A stretch of DNA of 64,000 bases from Actinomycetes bacterium. Its GTDB lineage: Bacteria > Actinomycetota > Actinomycetes > S36-B12 > UBA5976. A program made the translations under genes and the position numbers. Every line of letters begins with the position of its first letter. Within the stretch, counting starts at the first letter, position 1. This document shows, piece by piece, positions 59,070-64,000 of this stretch. Below the pieces are notes generated by a model. The model ran no database searches. It was given only the letters and a program-made list of their open reading frames with translations, and was not told where the DNA came from. The stretch covers positions 1,314 through 65,313 of the forward strand of contig JBAXKB010000003.1 in NCBI GenBank assembly GCA_037137575.1. Reading direction: 5' to 3'.

Positions 59070-60764
59070 GTGTCCGCAATTCTTAAAGCGCTAGATAGCC
59101 AGCAACGAGCTGCGGCTGAATGTGTCAGTGGCCCTGTGGTTATTCACGCAGGAGCCGGCACCGGCAAAACCCGAACTATTACCCACCGACTGGCTTATGC
59201 GATTCAAAGTGGTGTCGTTGAGGCGAATCAGACCTTAACTGTTACTTTTACAAATCGCGCAGCAGGCGAGTTGCGTAGTCGACTTCTTGAACTTGGTATT
59301 CCAAACGCGCAGGTTCGAACTTTTCATAGCGCAGCGCTAAGGCAATTACGGTTTTTCTATCCGCAGGTTTTTACTAACCAAATACCTACATTGATTTCCA
59401 GTAAAGCGACCTACGTTGCGCAAGCTGCAACCCAATGTCACATAGATGCAGGTCCTGACACTATTCGGGATTTGGCTAGTGAAATCGAGTGGGCCAAAGT
59501 CAACATAATTTCACCCGACTTGTATCGGGAGTCTGCTTTTGACCGCGGTCGAATGCCTGGCCACAATTTGAGTGCTGAACAAGTTGCTCAAGTTTATGAA
59601 ACTTACTTAAAAGTTTTAGATCAAGCTCATTTGATGGATTTCGAAGATGTTTTGCTAACAACTGTCGCACTGCTATCAAATTATCCTGAGTTAGCGGCGC
59701 AAGTTCGTTCCCAATATCGCTACTTCACAGTTGACGAATTTCAAGATGTTAGTCCGATTCAATTTGAGCTGCTCTCACTTTGGCTTGGTAACCGTGATGA
59801 CGTTTGCGTTGTTGGCGATCCAGCACAAACTATCTACGAGTTCACGGGGGCGACACCAGAATATCTCGCCACTTTTGCTAATCACTTCCCCCGAGCCACA
59901 GCGTTTGATCTGACAAACTCATACCGCAGCACTCCTGAGGTTATCCAGGTTGCAAATCAAGTATTGACCAGAATTTCGAACAACAGTTTGAAACTGCAAG
60001 CCACGAGATCAAGTGGACAGAATGTGACCGTTGACGCTTTTTCCGATGATGAGACTGAAGCGCGGGAAATTGCCAGCAACATTCGCAAGTTGCTCTCTGG
60101 GGGATTAGAGCCTAGAGATATCGCAGTCATTTATCGCATCAATAGTCAGTCGGAAGTTTTTGAAACGGCCTTAGCAAATGCGGATATTCCAGTAACAATT
60201 CGCGGAGCTAGCCGATATTTTGAACGACCTGAGATCCGTAATGCGCTGCTGCACCTTCGGGCCAACTTACAGGTGCCGGACGCTCGAGAGATGAACTTTA
60301 TTGTGCGCGATATTGTCAGCGGATTAGGTTGGGCGCCCAAATCACCAGATTCTGGTCGGGCGGCGCAAAATACTTGGGAGTCCTTGAATACACTCGTGCA
60401 ACTTGCCGATGATTTCGCGGCGCAAAATCGCACTGCTCTGTTACCTGAATTCATTGCAGCACTAGATCATCGAAATGAGTACGACCATGACCCAGTTGCT
60501 AATGCGGTAACTCTGGCCTCAATTCATGCCGTCAAGGGCTTGGAATGGGACGCGGTGTTCGTAGCTGGATTGAGTGATGGTTTACTTCCGATTACTTATG
60601 CAAAAACCCCCACTTTAATTAGCCAAGAACGCCGGCTGTTTTATGTGGCGCTAACCCGAGCCAAGAATCATCTACACATTTCTTGGGCCAAGTCGCGCAA
60701 CAGTTACACAAAAGCGCATCGCAGCTCATCAATCTTCCTTGGTGAAATAGAAGACGCTCTTTAA
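59070..60764 (+). CDS. uvrD2: UvrD/PcrA-family DNA helicase (UvrD2-like, motor domain only)
   Basis: GAGTGKT, DEFQDVS and VTLASIHAVKGLEWDAVF motifs. 564 aa. It ends shortly after motif VI, with no tetracysteine or HRDC region. Confidence 0.88.
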   Translation: MSAILKALDSQQRAAAECVSGPVVIHAGAGTGKTRTITHRLAYAIQSGVVEANQTLTVTFTNRAAGELRSRLLELGIPNAQVRTFHSAALRQLRFFYPQVFTNQIPTLISSKATYVAQAATQCHIDAGPDTIRDLASEIEWAKVNIISPDLYRESAFDRGRMPGHNLSAEQVAQVYETYLKVLDQAHLMDFEDVLLTTVALLSNYPELAAQVRSQYRYFTVDEFQDVSPIQFELLSLWLGNRDDVCVVGDPAQTIYEFTGATPEYLATFANHFPRATAFDLTNSYRSTPEVIQVANQVLTRISNNSLKLQATRSSGQNVTVDAFSDDETEAREIASNIRKLLSGGLEPRDIAVIYRINSQSEVFETALANADIPVTIRGASRYFERPEIRNALLHLRANLQVPDAREMNFIVRDIVSGLGWAPKSPDSGRAAQNTWESLNTLVQLADDFAAQNRTALLPEFIAALDHRNEYDHDPVANAVTLASIHAVKGLEWDAVFVAGLSDGLLPITYAKTPTLISQERRLFYVALTRAKNHLHISWAKSRNSYTKAHRSSSIFLGEIEDAL

Positions 60765-60774
60765 AGTTTGTAAC

Positions 60775-61737
60775 TTAGGCGGCGCGGTTCCATTGGCAAC
60801 CGCAGGCAGCGTGTGTCTTTAGTTGGCTAAAGGATTTATCGGCACTTGGCCAGTCGATTTGCCAGAATCCAGATTCTAGATAGTTCGCTTCCTGGGCCCA
60901 TTGATAAACGATGTCCATTACTAGCGTTGCAGTGTGCAGCAATAAGCCAGCAGGGGCTAGATCTTGAGTTGGGCGACCTATGAGTTGAGTAGTTAGCAAT
61001 GGCCAGGCCGAGTCCAAATCGGTTAGTCGCGCGTTGTGGCAGCGTAGGCAAGCAGTATGCATTGGCTGAAATACCGTGGACACCAACGCCTGATTTTTTC
61101 CTGCTCCAGCTACTAGATGAGGCAGATCTGCGGCAATCAAGCGATCAGTTAGATCGGGGGCAAACCAAACATTTTGACCCACCTGGTCAGGGCACAGAAT
61201 TACCAAGCGGTTGGTCCGGGTCTTGACTGCTCGAATCATTCGCGGCCAAACCCCGCGTTGAATCCGATCAATGATCATTAACGCAGTGTGATCTCGACGG
61301 GCGCCAACATCCACGCGGCTTGCTCCCCATGCGGTTACATCAGGAAGTGTCACTTTGCCAGAATCATGAATGTGAATGTTCGTAAACCCACATTGAGCTA
61401 ACAAAATTGCAACAGTTGTTCCCAATCTGCCTGCACCTTGGATTTCGATTTGTGTTTCAGTCAACATGCGATGTTCAGTCAGTTCAGCATCAGTTGTCAT
61501 TAGCCCGGACTTCATTAGCCGCGATATTGTCAGGAGTAATTTTTCGGTATCTAAGGTTTCGCGAGTTGCCGCTTGAATAACCTCTTTTAGCGTTAGGTGG
61601 CCAGTACAGTGCGCAATTAGGTGCGCAGCAGTTTTTGCATCTGTTCGCACTTGGGTCGCGGGATCAATTCCGAATTGAACTTCATTTTTACTGCGCCACA
61701 GCACATTGATTCCAGCAGAGAAAATTGGTTTAAACAT
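60775..61737 (-). CDS. E1-like (ThiF/MoeB-family) protein with N-terminal winged-helix-like domain
   Basis: 320 aa with a Rossmann motif (IQGAGRLGTTVAILLAQCG), a CLRC motif and a C-terminal CGC motif. The N-terminal ~90 aa resemble the peptide-binding (RRE/PqqD-like) domain of E1-like docking proteins. That similarity is judged from memory and was not searched. Confidence 0.7.
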   Translation of the reverse strand: MFKPIFSAGINVLWRSKNEVQFGIDPATQVRTDAKTAAHLIAHCTGHLTLKEVIQAATRETLDTEKLLLTISRLMKSGLMTTDAELTEHRMLTETQIEIQGAGRLGTTVAILLAQCGFTNIHIHDSGKVTLPDVTAWGASRVDVGARRDHTALMIIDRIQRGVWPRMIRAVKTRTNRLVILCPDQVGQNVWFAPDLTDRLIAADLPHLVAGAGKNQALVSTVFQPMHTACLRCHNARLTDLDSAWPLLTTQLIGRPTQDLAPAGLLLHTATLVMDIVYQWAQEANYLESGFWQIDWPSADKSFSQLKTHAACGCQWNRAA

Positions 61738-61776
61738 GTTGCCATAGTGCCGATGTTTTGCGCACAGTGTTCGCGG

Positions 61777-61995
61777 TAATCCACAGCATGCCTGTGCAGA
61801 TTGCTTAAGCCAATCAGGGGTAAGGGTTTACCTCTTGTTAATGTGCAAACTATTTTCTATCCACATTCCGATCGCCGTTTTTCCCATTAATTGCTTAAGA
61901 AATGGGGTTGCTCCACAGATTGTTCCACATGTTATTCACTTAGCATCCCCAGATAATGTCCAGGTTTCCCCAATGCTTCCACAGCCTTATCCACA
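61777..61995 (+). repeat. array of six same-strand TCCACA (DnaA-box-like) motifs
   Basis: The six 9-mers are TAATCCACA (61777), CTATCCACA (61857), TGCTCCACA (61909), TGTTCCACA (61921), GCTTCCACA (61975) and TTATCCACA (61987, a perfect E. coli-type DnaA box). Boxes 3/4 and 5/6 form TCCACAG-N5-TCCACA pairs phased at 12 bp. TTGCTTAAG also occurs twice, at 61801 and 61891. Confidence 0.6.
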
Positions 61996-62023
61996 GGGGT
62001 TAAAGCGACTTTTGTCTTTTCGC

Positions 62024-62053
62024 TTGGCAGCAGTGCCACATAAGCCCTAGATT
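62024..62053 (+). promoter_or_regulatory. candidate sigma-A-type promoter
   Basis: TTGGCA (62024-62029), an 18-nt spacer, then TAGATT (62048-62053). The predicted TSS is near 62060, just upstream of the structured element. Confidence 0.35.
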
Positions 62054-62064
62054 CAGAATTCGTT

Positions 62065-62144
62065 GGAGCTCTCGAGATAACGAGTCAACGTTCGCAAGGG
62101 GAAGGCGAACGAGTGGCACGCGCCTCGGGGGCTCCTACTTTTTT
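62065..62144 (+). terminator. structured leader / small RNA ending in an intrinsic-terminator-like U-tract
   Basis: A 12-bp stem (GGAGCTCTCGAG 62065-62076 / CTCGGGGGCTCC 62124-62135, with two G-U pairs) encloses the hairpin CGTTCGC-AAGGGGAAG-GCGAACG (62089-62111). It is followed by TAC and T6 (62139-62144), 27 nt before the GTG of the M48 gene. Confidence 0.45.
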
Positions 62145-62171
62145 GTCAGGCGATGCTCTACTGTTGCAAAC

Positions 62172-62780
62172 GTGAGCGCGCTTTCTGAACCTTCATTATT
62201 CGATTTCCTCGAATCAGATGAGTGCGCACAAGAACTAGAAGATGTTGCAACTTCGCCGCAAAAATCAGAGCCTGAGATAGAAATACAACGCAGTAAAAAG
62301 CGTCGCAAAACTTGTACTGCTTTTCTGCAAGGCGGAAAAATAATTGTTCAAGTTCCTGCCCGGATGTCACAACGAGAAGTTGAAATCACAGTTGCAGAAC
62401 TTGTTGGGCGCATTCAGCGTCGCGAACAAGTTGTTGTTGATCCAAATGCGTTAATGAAACGTGCAACCGAGCTTGTCGCAAATTACTTAGACCAAGACAT
62501 CATCAGAACGCACTCTGTACCAGTGACGATCCGCTGGGTGACTAATCAGAATTCGCGTTGGGGTTCCTGCACGCCAGGCACGGGGGTAATCCGGTTATCG
62601 CACCGCCTGCAAAACATGCCGCAGTATGTGCAGGATGCGGTGTTATTTCACGAGTTAATTCACTTGGTAGTTTTAGGGCACAATAAGCAGTTTTACAAAT
62701 TGGTAAACCGTTTTCCAGAGATTGAACGCGCTAACGCGTATCTTTGCGGCTATGCGCACGCGCGTAACCGGAACAACTAA
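62172..62780 (+). CDS. M48-family/DUF45 (YgjP-like) zinc metallopeptidase
   Basis: 202 aa with an SKKRRKT segment typical of DUF45 and an HExxH motif (FHELIHLV). The only in-frame start is GTG 62172, and it has no obvious SD sequence. Confidence 0.8.
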   Translation: MSALSEPSLFDFLESDECAQELEDVATSPQKSEPEIEIQRSKKRRKTCTAFLQGGKIIVQVPARMSQREVEITVAELVGRIQRREQVVVDPNALMKRATELVANYLDQDIIRTHSVPVTIRWVTNQNSRWGSCTPGTGVIRLSHRLQNMPQYVQDAVLFHELIHLVVLGHNKQFYKLVNRFPEIERANAYLCGYAHARNRNN

Positions 62781-64000
62781 TTTACGTCGTCATTCTGGTC
62801 GGCTGGTGGCTGTTCGTCGATTACTTTTTCCAAATCCGACATCAAATCATGACTCATGTTGGCAATAAACGAATCGATGTCTTCTAGATCGCTCGATGTT
62901 GGTAACAAATCTGGATGAGTCCAGATTTGATCACGCTGTGAAATGCCAATCGTTTCCGTTAGCTTTTGCCAAACGGTAGCTGCTTCACGAATCTTGCGTG
63001 GTCTGATTTCTAAACCGATAATTCCTTCAAAGAATTTTTCGGCAGGACCACCAGCAGCGCGCCTTCTTCGTAGCGTCTCAGCCAGTGCGTTACTGCTCGG
63101 TAGACGATTTGCTGCCGCGTCAGATACGACCACACTGACCCAGCTTTCAATCAGGGCAATCAGAAGTTCTAGTCGGGCTAGTGCGGCGTCCTGTTGGGGA
63201 GTGCGCGATTCAACAAATAACTCGCCGCTGATTGCTAAGTTCACCGCTTCTATGTCTGTGGGGTCGATTTCAGCGAGTGCTTGCTCGATTGCACTGGTAT
63301 CAATCTGCACTCCCGATGCATAGGCGGCCATCGCTGATTGAATGTGTGACTGTAGCCAAGGGGCTGCAGTGAAAAGTCTTTGGTGAGCAATTTCGCGCAA
63401 CGCCAGGAATATCAGCACATCTGACACTTCAAGATTTAAGCCATCACTAAATTCTTGAACATTACTAGCGATGAAACTTGGGTTACGCGAATTAGTTAGC
63501 GGAATACCAACATCTGTGGCACTCAGTACTTGTGTTGCCATTTTTCCCAGGCCAGCACCAAATTGGTTGCCAAACAAAGTTGCCCCCATTGATTTAGCCA
63601 TGTCCATTACTGGTCTGAGTAGATCGTTAATGTCGCCAGAGCTAATTAGTTGTTCAATCTGGGATGCAACTTCAGGTGGAAGTTGTTCCAAAATTTCTGG
63701 TGGGATGCTCATTGCGCCAGCGTCAATGTCTTGCGGGATTATGGTGGACATCGCTTCTGCGAGTCCGTGCGCAACTGGGTCCACTAAACCTTGCCATGCA
63801 AGTAACGTCTCCGTAATCCATTTCTCCCGCGTGAGAATTTCGCAGTTCTGTCCACCGCTTGGCAATGCGGTTGCTTCGCCCAGCCAAAGATTGGCTAAGT
63901 CAGTTGCGGTTTCGGCGCTGTGTTGAAACGCCTCGTTAACCTGAGTTGGGGTACTTTCGTGCAGAATGGCCGAGCTTGCCTGCCGCGCTGCATTCCAATC
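62777..64000 (-). CDS. DUF2342 zincin-like metalloprotease family protein (5' end outside window)
   Basis: The reading frame stays open from 63865 to the window edge (DWNAARQASSAILHES...), so the gene is N-terminally truncated by the window. The family is assigned from overall pattern and the syntenic slot (mycobacterial Rv3195-like). The expected HExxH motif reads REIAH. Confidence 0.8.
   Translation of the reverse strand, partial: DWNAARQASSAILHESTPTQVNEAFQHSAETATDLANLWLGEATALPSGGQNCEILTREKWITETLLAWQGLVDPVAHGLAEAMSTIIPQDIDAGAMSIPPEILEQLPPEVASQIEQLISSGDINDLLRPVMDMAKSMGATLFGNQFGAGLGKMATQVLSATDVGIPLTNSRNPSFIASNVQEFSDGLNLEVSDVLIFLALREIAHQRLFTAAPWLQSHIQSAMAAYASGVQIDTSAIEQALAEIDPTDIEAVNLAISGELFVESRTPQQDAALARLELLIALIESWVSVVVSDAAANRLPSSNALAETLRRRRAAGGPAEKFFEGIIGLEIRPRKIREAATVWQKLTETIGISQRDQIWTHPDLLPTSSDLEDIDSFIANMSHDLMSDLEKVIDEQPPADQNDDVN

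Noticed and set aside
59314-59321. LexA/SOS-box search (TCGAAC-N4-GTTCGA). Isolated half-sites turn up, e.g. GTTCGAAC inside uvrD2, and TCGAAC at about 10207 and 50547.
   Set aside because: None has the second half-site at the correct spacing, and all are inside coding sequence. No credible SOS box is present in the window.
61835-62050. 71-aa plus-strand ORF (MLMCKLFSIHIP...) inside the long spacer
   Set aside because: It has no RBS, a TTG-type start and an unremarkable, non-protein-like composition. Its reading frame simply spans the TCCACA repeat array, so the repeats explain the sequence better than a CDS does.
61738-62171. Interpretation of the DnaA-box-like cluster as the chromosomal oriC
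   Set aside because: No dnaA, dnaN, rpmH, recF or gyrB gene lies nearby. The flanking genes match an internal mycobacterial synteny block (uvrD2 to the Rv3195-like gene). No obvious AT-rich 13-mer-like unwinding element follows the boxes. I kept it only as an oriC-external DnaA- or regulator-binding hypothesis.
1-64000. Search for mobile elements, CRISPR arrays, tRNA/rRNA genes, toxin-antitoxin pairs and defence islands
   Set aside because: No transposase, integrase or recombinase ORFs are present. There are no regularly spaced direct repeats, no terminal inverted repeats flanking a block, and no compositional break. Every sizeable ORF fits conserved actinobacterial core synteny.

Overview
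This 64-kb window looks like conserved core chromosome from a moderate-GC (roughly 48-50% by eye) member of the Actinobacteria. Gene order follows three well-known mycobacterial and corynebacterial synteny blocks.

Block 1: sdhCDA, accA-maf-accE-pccB, birA, mtrA-comF-hpf, uppS, phoH2, fumarase, xseAB, ispH, ychF, typA and lpqW-like genes.

Block 2: mshB, fdxA-dapC, gltA, dapD/dapE, LOG, DUF3117, OMT-htrA-tatB, mrp and an MgtE-N/CBS protein.

Block 3: rhlE, DUF3107, moeZ, adnAB, nudC, mycoredoxin, uvrD2, and the M48 and DUF2342 peptidases.

Mycothiol and mycoredoxin genes support the phylum call. I count about 58 protein genes with very short spacers. I found no rRNA, tRNA, CRISPR array, transposase, integrase, prophage or recognisable defence island, so I cannot point to a clear novel multi-gene system.

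The unexplained signal is mostly non-coding or architectural:
1. A 434-bp gene-free spacer (61738-62171) holds six same-strand TCCACA (DnaA-box-like) motifs, two of them as TCCACAG-N5-TCCACA pairs. They are followed by a sigma-A-like promoter and an ~80-nt structured leader or sRNA ending in a U-tract.
2. A multi-stem structured element lies in the comF-hpf spacer, which is the typical position of the raiA-motif RNA.
3. Two hairpins with the identical 9-nt loop AAGGGGAAG but different stems sit in two unrelated 5' leaders.
4. RecA-NDp/PafBC-like promoter motifs are positioned for leaderless transcription of adnA and uvrD2.
5. Three regulatory modules are missing from their usual syntenic slots: mtrB-lpqB, sigE-rseA and whiB7.
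6. Several proteins have unusual architecture: a pseudokinase-like domain inside an MprF/UPF0104-type membrane protein, a motor-only UvrD2, an orphan E1-like protein, and a DUF2342 peptidase with RExxH where HExxH is expected.
7. dapC has no canonical start codon.

All functional calls rest on motif recognition and remembered synteny. No database search was run.
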